A DNA stretch of 64,000 nucleotides from Myxococcales bacterium. GTDB lineage: Bacteria; Myxococcota_A; UBA9042; JABWCM01; BTVJ01. The notes under the pieces were generated by a model, which was not told the DNA's origin, ran no database searches, and saw nothing but the letters and a program-made list of their open reading frames with translations. Every line of letters begins with the position of its first letter. Positions within the stretch are counted from its first letter, which is position 1. The DNA is taken from positions 31,288-95,287 of the forward strand of contig BTVJ01000026.1 of NCBI GenBank assembly GCA_045863395.1, written 5' to 3'. A program made the position numbers and the translations under genes. Positions 38,290-48,654 of the stretch are shown here, one piece after another.

Positions 38290-39843
38290 GTGATGGTCGG
38301 GCTGCGAGCGAGGGTGCTGGTCGTCGACGACGAGGCGGAGGTGCGCGATATGCTGGCCCGCTCGTTGGCTTCCGACGGGTTCGAGGTAGAGACGGCGGAT
38401 GGTGGGCGCGCCGCCCTGGAGGCCGCCCGAAGGCGCGCGTTCGATCTGGTAATCACTGATTTGATGATGCCGGGGATGGATGGCGCGGAGACCGCGGAGG
38501 CCCTCAGGGCGCACGATCCGTCCATTGAGGTCATCGTCGGGACCGGCTATGCGACGGTAGAGACCGCCGTCAGGTGTATGAAGAGCGGCGCCTACGACTA
38601 TCTGGAGAAGCCCTACGATCTGCAGCGCCTCGCTCTCACCATGCACCGGGCCCTCGAGAAGCGCCAGCTCCAGGGTGCGGTGGCGCTCTTCGGGGCCAGC
38701 CGGGCGCTCCTGTCGGCGAGGAGCCAGATCGAGGTGAAGTCGCTCGCCGTGGAGCTCGGCAGCCGGGTCCTGCGGGCAGACAAGGCTTGCCTCCTCCTCG
38801 ACGGTGCGGCCCTGTCCGATCCGCTGCCACCTGGCGCAGCCGAGGTCCTTGGCCGCGAGCTTCGAGCCGCCGCCGGCGCGTTCATCCTGCCATCCGCCGC
38901 CCGCCCGCTGCCCATCGAGTTCGCCGAGTGCGGCTTCGTCGGTGCCCTGGTCCTTCCGCTGCAGTCTGGCGAGCGATCCCTTGGGGCGCTGGTCGTGCTG
39001 CGCTCCGGCCCTCAGGGCTCATTCACCCGAGCGGAGCTGCAGCAGGGCGCCGTCCTGGCCGCGCAGGTGGCCCTCTCCCTGGAGAACGCGCGCCTCAACG
39101 AGGAGGTGGCCCAGCGAGTGGACGAGCTGGTGTCGACCCGCGAGCAGCTCGTGCGCGCAGAGAAGGTGAGCCTCGCCGCGCGTCTGGCGGGTCACGTCGC
39201 CCACGAGATCAACAACCCACTCTCGGTCGTGCTGGCGAACCTGGGCGTGCTGCAAGAGAGCCTCGGCGACCGCGGCCTGGACGGCGGCGACATCGGAGAG
39301 ATCCTCGCCGACATCCAGGACGCCGTGAAGCGCGTCGCCGGCCTGGTGACCGGCTTTCGGCGCCTCACTCAGACCGCAGACCGCTCCGCACCGCGGCCCG
39401 TGCCCGTCGAACCGCTCCTCCGACGCTGTGTGGAGTCCGTCTCGGCAGAGTCCGGGCCGTCCGTGGTGCTGGACGTGGTCGGCGAGCCGACCGTCTCAAC
39501 CGCAGAGGATGACGCGCGCACCGCGGTCGCCAGCGTGCTGTCCTACCTGTCGCGTTCGCACGACGGGAGGCCGCCCAGCCGCAGCATCACGGTCTTTGCG
39601 AGGCAGCCACCCAAGGCCGGCCACGTCCTCATCGACGTCACTGCGCCGGGGCTCCACCTGTCGCCCGAGGAGCGGCTGGAGGTCCTCGACCCGAAGGTCC
39701 ACGGCGCCGACGGGGGGACCATGCGCATGGATCTGACCATGTCGCTGGCGTGGCAGCTCATCAGGCGCAACGCGGGCGAGCTGACCCTCGTCGACTCGCC
39801 AGCCGGCGGCACGTCGCTGCGCATCGCGCTGCCGGTGGGCTGA
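38290..39843 (+). CDS. REC-GAF-HisKA hybrid with a degenerate ATPase domain
   Basis: VLVVDDE..TDLMMPGMDG..EKP; GAF-like ALSLENARL; AHEINNPL; N and G boxes not recognisable. Confidence 0.8.
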   Translation: MMVGLRARVLVVDDEAEVRDMLARSLASDGFEVETADGGRAALEAARRRAFDLVITDLMMPGMDGAETAEALRAHDPSIEVIVGTGYATVETAVRCMKSGAYDYLEKPYDLQRLALTMHRALEKRQLQGAVALFGASRALLSARSQIEVKSLAVELGSRVLRADKACLLLDGAALSDPLPPGAAEVLGRELRAAAGAFILPSAARPLPIEFAECGFVGALVLPLQSGERSLGALVVLRSGPQGSFTRAELQQGAVLAAQVALSLENARLNEEVAQRVDELVSTREQLVRAEKVSLAARLAGHVAHEINNPLSVVLANLGVLQESLGDRGLDGGDIGEILADIQDAVKRVAGLVTGFRRLTQTADRSAPRPVPVEPLLRRCVESVSAESGPSVVLDVVGEPTVSTAEDDARTAVASVLSYLSRSHDGRPPSRSITVFARQPPKAGHVLIDVTAPGLHLSPEERLEVLDPKVHGADGGTMRMDLTMSLAWQLIRRNAGELTLVDSPAGGTSLRIALPVG

Positions 39844-39846
39844 CCC

Positions 39847-41775
39847 TCATCCGATACGGGCGCTGACGGCGGACCGCAGCACCTCCGGGACATAGGGCTT
39901 GTCCACGAAGAGGTTCTTGACCTCGCTCCGAAACGTCAGGGCCCGCGGGGTGAAGGCGCCCCCGGTCAGGAAGATCATGCGGTCCGTGGCCTCCGGGTGG
40001 GTGCGGGCGAGCTCCGCGTGGAGGTCCATCCCGGTCATCTCCGGCATCATCAGGTCGCAGAGGATCACGTCGAAACGCTCGCCTCCCCGGAGCCGCTCGA
40101 GGGCCTCGGCCGCGGTGCTGACGGCGACGACCTCGTGGTGGCGTGACAGGGTGCGGGACAGCGCCCGGATCACCATGGCGTCGTCGTCCACCACGAGCAC
40201 GCGCCCCCGCCGCGGCTGCTCCACGACGGTCGGGACGGGCGCCGGGTCGGGGGTGAGCGGAGCGTGGGCCGGGCGCTCGCTGGCGGCCGGCAGCAGCACG
40301 CGGAAGGTGCTCCCGTGCCCCGGGCGGCTGTCCACCAGGATCTCCCCCCCGAAGGAGCTGACGATGCGGTGGCAGATGGAGAGCCCCAGGCCGGTCCCCA
40401 CCCCTGACGCCTTCGTGGTGAAGAAGGGCGTGAACAGGCGCTTGATGACCGCCGGCGACATGCCCGCGCCGGTGTCGCGGACGGAGATCTGCACCCGTCC
40501 GTCTTGCCACGGCCCGGTGGCCACCTCGATGAGGTGGTCGTCGAAGCGCCCCTCCGGGATTGCCTGGGCGGCGTTGATCAGCAGGTTGATCAGCACCTGC
40601 CCGAGCCGCGCCTCGGTCGCCAGCGCGGAAGGCGCATCCGCGTGGGTGACCATGAGGCGCCCCCGATGACGCAGCTCGCTGGCGCACATGCGCAGGGCCC
40701 CCTCGACGACGCGGCGGAGGTCCACGGGCCTTGGCTCTGGCTCGTCGTCGCCCCGAGACAGGAGCTTCAGGTCGCGGACGATGTGTCGCACCCGATCTGC
40801 GGCCAGGCGTGCGTCGAGGAGCTGCTCCCGGAGCCTCGACACAGGCACGCTGCCGGGGCCATCTGCTTCAAGGGTCGCCAGATCGTCGAGGCTCAACGAC
40901 AGGTTCCCGATCAGCCCGCTCAACGGGTTGTTGATCTCGTGCGCGACGCCCGCCGCCAGCGTCCCCATGGAGGCCATGCGGTCCGAGACGATGACCTGGG
41001 TCTGGAGCTGGCGATGCTCCGTGACGTCCGTGACCATGACCAGGGCGCCTGAGCCCTGCTCGTCGTCGACGACCAGGGCCGCGGAGAGGGTGGCCCAGAA
41101 CTCTGTTCCATCGCGCCGCACGAACCGGCACTCGTGCAGAGAGTGGGCGCCGTCGCCGCACATGGCCACACAGTGTCGGAGGACGCGCCTCGACTCGTCG
41201 TCGGTGAAGTCGTCCATCAGGGCGCCGAGGAGGTCGGCTGGAGACTCCAGGCCCAGCATCTCGGCCATTCGCCGATTGGCAAACGTGGTGCGGAGGTCAT
41301 GGCCCACGACCCAGATCCCCTCCTGGGTCACCTCCACGATGGTGCGATACTTGAGCTCGCTGCGACGCAGCGCGGCCTCGGCCTCCGATTTCTCACGGCG
41401 TGCGCTTGCCTCCCGCAGCTCCCGCTGGATCGCCGGGATGAGGCGGGTCAGCCGGCCCTTGACGAAGAAGTCGTGGGCCCCCGCCCGGAGGGCCTCGACG
41501 GCAGTCTCCTCCCCGATGGTCCCCGAGATGATGAGGAACGGGATGTGCAGGCCCGTGCTGTTGAGCACCCGCAGCGCCGCGAGGCCGCTGAAGTCCGGCA
41601 GGCAGTAGTCGGAGAGGATGAGGTCCCACGGTTCGGCCAGGGCCGCGCGCATCTCCAGCTCTGTCTGCACGGTGCGATGGACGATCTGGTACGGACCCCG
41701 CCGAAGCTCCAGGAGGAGCAGCTCCTCGTCGTCGGCGGAGTCCTCGACGATCAACACGCGGAGTGGAGTCTTCAT
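39847..41775 (-). CDS. Hybrid sensor kinase REC-PAS-HisKA-HATPase-REC
   Basis: LIVEDS REC; PAS; AHEINNPL, NLLINA, DTGAG, GTGLGL; C-terminal DLMMPEMTG REC. Confidence 0.92.
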   Translation of the reverse strand: MKTPLRVLIVEDSADDEELLLLELRRGPYQIVHRTVQTELEMRAALAEPWDLILSDYCLPDFSGLAALRVLNSTGLHIPFLIISGTIGEETAVEALRAGAHDFFVKGRLTRLIPAIQRELREASARREKSEAEAALRRSELKYRTIVEVTQEGIWVVGHDLRTTFANRRMAEMLGLESPADLLGALMDDFTDDESRRVLRHCVAMCGDGAHSLHECRFVRRDGTEFWATLSAALVVDDEQGSGALVMVTDVTEHRQLQTQVIVSDRMASMGTLAAGVAHEINNPLSGLIGNLSLSLDDLATLEADGPGSVPVSRLREQLLDARLAADRVRHIVRDLKLLSRGDDEPEPRPVDLRRVVEGALRMCASELRHRGRLMVTHADAPSALATEARLGQVLINLLINAAQAIPEGRFDDHLIEVATGPWQDGRVQISVRDTGAGMSPAVIKRLFTPFFTTKASGVGTGLGLSICHRIVSSFGGEILVDSRPGHGSTFRVLLPAASERPAHAPLTPDPAPVPTVVEQPRRGRVLVVDDDAMVIRALSRTLSRHHEVVAVSTAAEALERLRGGERFDVILCDLMMPEMTGMDLHAELARTHPEATDRMIFLTGGAFTPRALTFRSEVKNLFVDKPYVPEVLRSAVSARIG

Positions 41776-42227
41776 CGGGTCTCGCTCGCAGGGTTGGCAG
41801 GTGGAACCTGATTGAGCACCAGCCAGTAGAGCCCGAGCTGGCGTGCGGACTCGACGAACTCCTCGAAGGCCACGGGCTTGCGCACGAAGCTGTTCGCGCC
41901 CCGGTCGTAGGCCAGCACCAGGTCTCGTGCCTCCTGGCTGGACGTGAGGATGACCACGGGCAGGCGACGGGTCCGCTCATCGGCGCGAATCCTCCGAAGG
42001 ACCTCGTGCCCGTCGATACGCGGCAGGTTCAGATCGAGCAGGACCACCTCGGGCAGATCCGGGACGCGCTCCGCATAGGGACCCGCGCAGTGGAGATAGT
42101 CGAGCGCCTTCTCGCCGTCCTCCATGACGACGATCTGGTTCGCGACGCGGCATCTCTCGAAGGCACGGAGGGTCAGCTCCACATCGTCGGGGTTGTCGTC
42201 GATGAGCAGGATCGTGCGGCCTCTCAT
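41772..42227 (-). CDS. Single-domain response regulator (Rcp1-like)
   Basis: LLIDDNPDD, LLDLNLPRIDG, ILTSS and GANSFVRKP..YW motifs. Confidence 0.92.
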   Translation of the reverse strand: MRGRTILLIDDNPDDVELTLRAFERCRVANQIVVMEDGEKALDYLHCAGPYAERVPDLPEVVLLDLNLPRIDGHEVLRRIRADERTRRLPVVILTSSQEARDLVLAYDRGANSFVRKPVAFEEFVESARQLGLYWLVLNQVPPANPASETR

Positions 42228-44191
42228 GGGGGGCTCCATGGTGCGGTTGGTGGCAGTGTGAAGCAAACGGTGGCGCCGCGCCCGGGCTCGCCTTCGGCCC
42301 AGACGCGTCCCCCGTGCAGCTCGATGACCCGGTGGACGGTCGCGAGGCCTATGCCGGTCCCTGGGAAGTCCGCCATAGCGTGGAGTCTCTGGAACGGGCG
42401 AAACAGCTTGTCAGCATACTGCATGTTGAATCCGACGCCATTGTCACGGATCTGGTAGGTGGGGGAACCCTCGGATCTCTCAGAGACGAACTCAATCATC
42501 GCATCAGACTTGCGCTGTGTGAACTTCCACGAGTTGCCAAGCAGGTTCTCGAGGACGACGCGGAGCAGTCCGCGGTCTCCTCTTGCGGTCAGTCCGCGCT
42601 GCACGCGGCTCTCCACCGTCCGACCCGGGTCCCTGCGGCGCAGATCGTCGAAGACCGCCTCGGCGAGCCCCGTCAGGTCGACCTCGGTGATGCTCAGCTC
42701 CGTGCGGCCGACTCGCGACAGCTCGAGCAGATCGTCGATCAGCTCTCCCATGCGCTGCGCCGCCGCCCGTACCCGCTTGAGATGCCCGAGCCCCCTGGCA
42801 TCGAGCTGGTCGCCGCAGTCCTCGGCCAGGGCCTGGCTGAACCCGTCGATGGCCCGCAGCGGGGCTCGGAGGTCGTGGGACACCGTGTAGCTGAACGCCT
42901 CCAGCTCTCTGTTCTTGCGTTCGAGCTGGGCGATCAGCGCCGCGCGGGTGTCCGCCAGCGCGCGGGCCGCGCGGGCTTCGGCTGCCTGCCGCTCTCGCTG
43001 CGCGAGCTGCTGATGCACTCTCCTCGTCTCGTCCTCCAGGTGTCTGCGCCGCACCTGGGCGCGCAGTCGCGCCTTGAGCACCTCCAGGTCGCTCCCCTTG
43101 CAGACGTAGTCGTCGGCGCCCGCCGCGAGACCTGCGATCATGGAGTCTCGGTCTTCGAGCGCCGTCAGCATGATCAGCGGGATGTCTCTCACCTGCGGGG
43201 CGAGCTTGATCCGGCGGCAGGTCTCCGTGCCACCCAGGCCGGGCATCACCAGATCGAGGAGGATGCAGTCCACGGGCTGCACGGCGAGGAGCTCCAGGGC
43301 CTCCTCCCCGGACCGGGCGAGGACGACGTCGTAGCCGTCGCTTCTGAGGGCTGCGCCGAGGACGTCGAGGTAGGTAGGGCTGTCGTCGACCGCCAGGACG
43401 CGCTTCGGGCCGAGGGTGGTGCCCTCGCCGTCCCGCTCGTCCCACGGTGCCGGGCTCCGCAGCGCCGCGGAGATGCGCGCGAGGATGATGTCCGTGTCCT
43501 CCACCTTGCGCACGAAGGCGTCGGCGCCGGCATCCAGGGCCCGCAGCTCCGCTCCGTCGTCGTCCGATGCGGTCAGCAAGACGCAGCGAGTTCGCCAGAG
43601 CGCCGTGTCCAGGCGGACCCGCCGGATCACCGTCTGGCCGTCGATGCCTGGGAGCACGCCATCGACCAGGATGGCCGCCGGCCTGAGCTCCGCCGCCAGT
43701 CGCAGCCCGTCCTCGCCGGTCCCCGTCGTCACTACGCGGAAGCCCGCCCCCTCCAGCAGCTCCGCAAGCAGAGCCGTGAACGTCGGGCTGTCGTCGATGA
43801 CCAGCACGGAGGCGCCCGGCACCCTCACCGGACCCACGAGCTCTCGCGCCCGCGCCACCACGTAGCCCAGGTCGTAGGGCTTCCCCACGTACTCGTCGGC
43901 CCCGGTCGTGAGGCCGCGGATGCGGTCCCGGACCTCCGCGTCGCTGGACAACATGAGGACCGGGATGCGCTCACGGTTCGCGTCGCTCCGGAGCTCCGTG
44001 AGCAGGTCGGTGCCCTCCCCATCGGGGAGCATCTGGTCCAGCACGACGAGGCCGACAGGGCCCGCGCCGAGCGCCCGTCGCGCCTCGGCCAGGCTCGCGC
44101 ACGGGACCGCTCGGAGGCCTGCCCCGCCCAGGGCCTCGGCCAGGTCCATGCGGACGGTCAGGCTGTCGTCCACGACCAGCACCGTCTTCAT
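42224..44191 (-). CDS. Histidine kinase with three tandem REC domains
   Basis: Three VxDDS REC domains; SHDLRAPL, NLLGNSWKF, DNGVG and GTGIGL. Confidence 0.9.
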   Translation of the reverse strand: MKTVLVVDDSLTVRMDLAEALGGAGLRAVPCASLAEARRALGAGPVGLVVLDQMLPDGEGTDLLTELRSDANRERIPVLMLSSDAEVRDRIRGLTTGADEYVGKPYDLGYVVARARELVGPVRVPGASVLVIDDSPTFTALLAELLEGAGFRVVTTGTGEDGLRLAAELRPAAILVDGVLPGIDGQTVIRRVRLDTALWRTRCVLLTASDDDGAELRALDAGADAFVRKVEDTDIILARISAALRSPAPWDERDGEGTTLGPKRVLAVDDSPTYLDVLGAALRSDGYDVVLARSGEEALELLAVQPVDCILLDLVMPGLGGTETCRRIKLAPQVRDIPLIMLTALEDRDSMIAGLAAGADDYVCKGSDLEVLKARLRAQVRRRHLEDETRRVHQQLAQRERQAAEARAARALADTRAALIAQLERKNRELEAFSYTVSHDLRAPLRAIDGFSQALAEDCGDQLDARGLGHLKRVRAAAQRMGELIDDLLELSRVGRTELSITEVDLTGLAEAVFDDLRRRDPGRTVESRVQRGLTARGDRGLLRVVLENLLGNSWKFTQRKSDAMIEFVSERSEGSPTYQIRDNGVGFNMQYADKLFRPFQRLHAMADFPGTGIGLATVHRVIELHGGRVWAEGEPGRGATVCFTLPPTAPWSPP

Positions 44192-45228
44192 CGTCTGCTC
44201 CCGGCGATGCGATCCCCGACGAGGCGCCCGATGTCCGCCAGGGGGACTACGCGCCGGGCTGCCCCCAGCGCTACTGCCTCCCGCGGCATCCCGTAGACCG
44301 TAGAGCTCGCCTCGTCCTGGGCCACGGTCAATCCCCCCGCCTGCCGGATCCGCAGCAGCCCCGCGGCGCCGTCCTTGCCCATGCCGGTCAGGAGGCACGC
44401 GACCGTCCCGGTACCCACCTCGTCTGCCAGGGAGTCGAACAGCGTGTCCACGGACGGGCGGCAGAAGCTCCGAGGAGGATCGTCCGTCAGGCGGAGACGC
44501 CCGCCCCGCACGACCATGTGCCGCCCTGGGCGAGCGACGGTGACACGCCCGACTGCCGCGCCCAGGAGCTCGCCGTCCGTCGCCGCGCGGACCCGGTGCT
44601 GGGTCTGGCCATCGAGCCACTCGGCGAAGGAGTCGCCGAAGATCTCGCCGATGTGGAGGACCACCAGGATGGGAACGGGACACGGAGCGGGGATGCCGCT
44701 CAGCACCTGGCACAGGGCGCCGGGGCCCCCGGTGGACGCACCGAGCGCCACGACCTTGACGCCACCCGGCTCCGAGGCGAGGGGCGGTGTTCCGATGGCT
44801 CCGAGACGTAGCCGCGGGTGGGTGATCACGCGGATGCGCGCCGCCCTGTGGACTGCGGCCACGAAGCGCTCGCGCCAGGCGCCGTCGGTGGCGTCTCCCC
44901 GCGGCTTGTCCATGCAGTCGAGCGCGCCCGCGGCCAGTGCGTCGTAGGTTCGGAACAGCTCGCCGCGGTTGACCGACGCGGAGACGATGAGGATCGGCGT
45001 CGGGCAGTGCGCCATGACGTACTCGGTCACCGCGAGGCCGGTCATCACGGGGAGCATCATGTCGAGGGTGATCACGTCCGGCCGGAGCGAGACGCACAGC
45101 GCGATGGCCGTCTTGCCGTCGCCTGCCTCGCCCACGACCTCCAAGCCGGGCTCAGCGGACAGGATCTCGCACAGGTGGCGCCGGACCGTCAGTGAGTCTT
45201 CGACCACGAGGACGCGCACATTAGACAT
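44188..45228 (-). CDS. cheB: Chemotaxis methylesterase CheB
   Basis: REC domain plus GASTGGP, VLH, RPSVD, LTGMGKDG and VYGMP. Confidence 0.95.
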   Translation of the reverse strand: MSNVRVLVVEDSLTVRRHLCEILSAEPGLEVVGEAGDGKTAIALCVSLRPDVITLDMMLPVMTGLAVTEYVMAHCPTPILIVSASVNRGELFRTYDALAAGALDCMDKPRGDATDGAWRERFVAAVHRAARIRVITHPRLRLGAIGTPPLASEPGGVKVVALGASTGGPGALCQVLSGIPAPCPVPILVVLHIGEIFGDSFAEWLDGQTQHRVRAATDGELLGAAVGRVTVARPGRHMVVRGGRLRLTDDPPRSFCRPSVDTLFDSLADEVGTGTVACLLTGMGKDGAAGLLRIRQAGGLTVAQDEASSTVYGMPREAVALGAARRVVPLADIGRLVGDRIAGSRR

Positions 45229-47176
45229 GGGTCAGGAGCCTCCCGATGCGACCGAGCAGCTCGGCCTGGTCGAACTCACTCTTCACGATATACGCCGCCG
45301 CGCCTGCGCTGGCGCCCCGGCGGCGGTCTTCCTGGGAGCCCCGGGACGTGACGAGGATGGCGGGGACATGGCGCAGCGCCGCGTCCGCCCGGGTCTGTTC
45401 GACGAAGGTAAAGCCATCCATCCCGGGCATCTCCACGTCCACGAGGAACAGGGAGTACCCCTTGCGGCGTGCCATCGCGAGTCCTTCCTCGCCAGAGGTC
45501 GCCAGATCCACGGCGTAGCCCCCCGACTCCAGGATGCTCTGCTCCAACATGCGCGTGGTGAGGGAGTCGTCGATCACGAGGACCTTGGGGCGCTGAAGTG
45601 GCGGTGGCGCGGCCGCCCCTCGGGAGCGGCTCGCCTCCGCAACCAGCCCCTGCGGATCCAGGACGAGCTGCGGGGTACCGGTCGGGTCGATGGAGACCCC
45701 CGCGACCACTGGGCTGGACACCACGGGCGCCGGGAGCGGCTGGCTCACCACGCTGCGGATACCCACGATGCGGTCCACGCTGATGGCGACGACGCGGTCG
45801 CCGGTGCGTACCACGAGCGCTGGCGTCGTTCTGGCGACAGGGTCGCCCGTGCCGAGCAGGACGCTCATATGCACGAAGGGGACGGACTGTCCGTCGTGCA
45901 GCAGCGTATCTCCGCCGGGGCTCCGAGCAATGGCCGCAGTCGGGATCAGCGCCGTTCGGACCACCGCGTCGAGGGGGACGGCGACGGTGCTGTCCCCGGA
46001 GCCGACCACCAACACGTCGGAGCAAGCGCGGGAGGCCGGGAGCAGCAGCTCGAGCGCGGTCCCTGCACCAGGTCGTGACCTGACCACGACCTCGGCGCCC
46101 AGGCGCACGGCGGCGTCGCGGACGACATCCATCCCGATGCCGCGGCCCGCAACCCCGGTCACGGCTTCGGCGGTGCTGATCCCGCCACGCAGCAGGAGCG
46201 CCAGCACGGCGTCGGGCCCCATGGCGTGCACCTGGTCGGGAGGCAGGCCCCTGCGCAGGGCCTGTGCGCGCACTGCCGCCAGGTCGAGCCCCCGTCCGTC
46301 GTCGGTGCATGTCAAGGCGATCCGGCTGCCGCGCCGCTCGACGACCAGGGTCACCTGCCCCTCGGGCGGCTTCCCCGCGGCGCGGCGCGCGGCCTCCGGC
46401 TCGATGCCGTGGGCGACCGCGTTGCGCACCACCTGGATGAGCGCCCCCTGGAGCAGCGCGAGGACGTCGGCGTCCACCTGGACGGGGTCGCCCCGCCCCT
46501 CGAAGGTCACCATGCGGTCCAGGGTCATGGCGACGTCGCGGGCGGTGCGAGCCAGGACCGCGAACAGGGAGGCCACGGGGACCATGCGCAGACGCTGCGC
46601 GGCCTCGTGAGCCAGCCGTAGCTCCCGGTCGAGCTGTTCGACCAAGCCCGTGCCGCGCCGCTCCAGGCGAGCGAGCGACTCTCCCCCCGGATCGGAGGAC
46701 GGCGTGAGCCGGCGCGCTCGCTCCAGATCCTGGAAGGTCTCGCGCAGCCTCGCGAGGTGGACGTGCGCCTCTGTGAGTCCCACCAGCAGGGCGTCCAGAT
46801 CCTCGGCGTTTGCGACCACGGCCCGCGGCTCCTCTCGCGCGCCGGCCGCCGGAGCCGCGGGGGTCTCGGGCGAGGCCAGGGCCGCCAGGCGTCCGCCAAC
46901 TCCGTCGAGCAGCGTGAGCGCGTCGTCGATGATCTCGCGAGGAGCCGGACCGGCCTGACCCCTGAGGGGTGCAAGGACCTCCTCCAGGCGGTGGGCCAGC
47001 TCGGCGACCTCCGTCTGCTTGACGACCCGCGCCGCCCCCTTGAGCGTGTGGGCGAGGCGCAGCAGGCTCCCCACCGCCTCCATGTCCCCGCGCTCCAGGG
47101 AGAGCACCGCCTCGCCCATCTTCACGGTGAGCTCCCGCGCCTCCACGCGGAAGTATCTGTACGGGTCCCGGCTCAT
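45221..47176 (-). CDS. cheA: CheA-like hybrid kinase with a C-terminal REC domain (WspE/FrzE-like)
   Basis: HPt AHTLKGAA, RNAVAHGIE, DDGRG, GRGIGMDVV, CheW-like domain, REC. Confidence 0.93.
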   Translation of the reverse strand: MSRDPYRYFRVEARELTVKMGEAVLSLERGDMEAVGSLLRLAHTLKGAARVVKQTEVAELAHRLEEVLAPLRGQAGPAPREIIDDALTLLDGVGGRLAALASPETPAAPAAGAREEPRAVVANAEDLDALLVGLTEAHVHLARLRETFQDLERARRLTPSSDPGGESLARLERRGTGLVEQLDRELRLAHEAAQRLRMVPVASLFAVLARTARDVAMTLDRMVTFEGRGDPVQVDADVLALLQGALIQVVRNAVAHGIEPEAARRAAGKPPEGQVTLVVERRGSRIALTCTDDGRGLDLAAVRAQALRRGLPPDQVHAMGPDAVLALLLRGGISTAEAVTGVAGRGIGMDVVRDAAVRLGAEVVVRSRPGAGTALELLLPASRACSDVLVVGSGDSTVAVPLDAVVRTALIPTAAIARSPGGDTLLHDGQSVPFVHMSVLLGTGDPVARTTPALVVRTGDRVVAISVDRIVGIRSVVSQPLPAPVVSSPVVAGVSIDPTGTPQLVLDPQGLVAEASRSRGAAAPPPLQRPKVLVIDDSLTTRMLEQSILESGGYAVDLATSGEEGLAMARRKGYSLFLVDVEMPGMDGFTFVEQTRADAALRHVPAILVTSRGSQEDRRRGASAGAAAYIVKSEFDQAELLGRIGRLLTHV

Positions 47177-48654
47177 CCGTTGACGCCTGCCCCAGCGCGC
47201 ACGAGCTGCATCAGCTCCCGTGAGAGGAGTGCGAGCTGGGACGCCGTGGCTTGGGTCTGTACCGAGCTGGCCTCTGACTCCCGCGTCGCCTGCGCCATGC
47301 TCGAGATGGCGATGTTGACCTGCTCCACCGCGCTGGTCTGCTGTTTGGTCGATAGTCCGATCTCACGGGCGGCCTCGGTGGTCGTGTCTACCTGCGCCGC
47401 GATCTGGCGGAAGCTCGAGCTGACGTCGGCGAACTGGCGCTGGCCCGCCTCCACCTCCTTGGAGCCGGTCTCCGTCGTCATGACCGTCGCGTTGACTGCT
47501 CCCTGGACGTCCGTGATCAGGCCTCGAATCTCCTTGGTGGAGCCGCCGACCCGGTCGGCCAGCTTGCGGATCTCGTCGGCGACGACCCCGAAGCGCTTGC
47601 CGGCGTCCCCCGCGCCCGCCGCCTCGATGCTGGCGTTGATGGCGAGGATGTTGGTCTGGTCCGCGAGCTCGGACACAATCTCGAGCACGGCCCCAATCTG
47701 CTGGGACTTTCGACCGAGCTCCAGCATGTGCGACACGATCAGGTCGACCTGGCGCCTTATCGCCGCGACTGACGCGTCGGAGCGCGCGATGGCGCTCTCC
47801 CCTGTACCTGTGGATGCGGCAGTCTGGGCGGCGATCCCCGCGACTCTCTGCGCGCTGTCCGCGATCTGCCGCGACGATCCAAGGAGCTGCGTGATGGTCG
47901 TCGCGATCTCCGCCATGGCGGTCGCTTGCTCCCTCGCGCTGTTGGCCTGCTGGTCCGCCGCAGCTTGAAGCTCCGCCGAGGAGCTCAAGACCCTCTGCAC
48001 CACGGACCCTACCTGCCGCCCCAGGCCCCTCGTGAGGACGACGGCGATGCCCAGGGCGAGCAGCACCAGGGCCACAGTGATGCCGAGCACCGTCGACTCT
48101 GCGCGGGCGGCGCTCCCGGCGGACGCCTCCTGCGCCTCGTCGAGGAGTCTCCGTTCCAGGGCGACCAGGGCATCCACGCTGTCTCGGAAGGCCACGCGCA
48201 GCGGTTTCACACGAGTCTCCAGCTCCTTGACCACGGCCTCGAGGCTGGCGCCGGACCGTCGCTGCTCCATGACCCGGTCCAGTGCCGGCGTGAGGGCGTC
48301 GTACGAAGACCGCACCGAGGCGAGCCGGGCCCGTCCCTCATCGGACGGGATGGCGCTGGAGAGGTCTTCCATCGCGGTGAGGATCTCCCGCTGTGCGGCG
48401 TTGCGCCGCGCCAGGTACTCCTCGTCGCCCGTGAGCAGGAAGGAGCGCCCCATGGACATCATGAGCTCGCTGGACGTGTCGAGCTGCTGCGCTTTGTCGA
48501 GCAGAGGCACCTGCGTGGTCAGGAGAGCGTTGGTGTCCGCGACGACGCCTCGAAGCGCCACGACTGCCACAGCGCCGACCACGACCGACAGGGCCACGAC
48601 GGCTCCGAAGCCCAGGCCCAGTCTGCGCCCGAACGTCCACGTCCCAGGCATCAT
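47173..48654 (-). CDS. Methyl-accepting chemotaxis protein
   Basis: Two TM helices around a helical sensor domain; QTNILAINASIEAAGAGDAGKRFGVVADEIRKLA. Confidence 0.93.
   Translation of the reverse strand: MMPGTWTFGRRLGLGFGAVVALSVVVGAVAVVALRGVVADTNALLTTQVPLLDKAQQLDTSSELMMSMGRSFLLTGDEEYLARRNAAQREILTAMEDLSSAIPSDEGRARLASVRSSYDALTPALDRVMEQRRSGASLEAVVKELETRVKPLRVAFRDSVDALVALERRLLDEAQEASAGSAARAESTVLGITVALVLLALGIAVVLTRGLGRQVGSVVQRVLSSSAELQAAADQQANSAREQATAMAEIATTITQLLGSSRQIADSAQRVAGIAAQTAASTGTGESAIARSDASVAAIRRQVDLIVSHMLELGRKSQQIGAVLEIVSELADQTNILAINASIEAAGAGDAGKRFGVVADEIRKLADRVGGSTKEIRGLITDVQGAVNATVMTTETGSKEVEAGQRQFADVSSSFRQIAAQVDTTTEAAREIGLSTKQQTSAVEQVNIAISSMAQATRESEASSVQTQATASQLALLSRELMQLVRAGAGVNG

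Noticed and set aside
42224..45097. 957-aa version of the kinase ORF
   Set aside because: The first ~300 codons overlap cheB out of frame; the true start is MKTVLVV at 44191.
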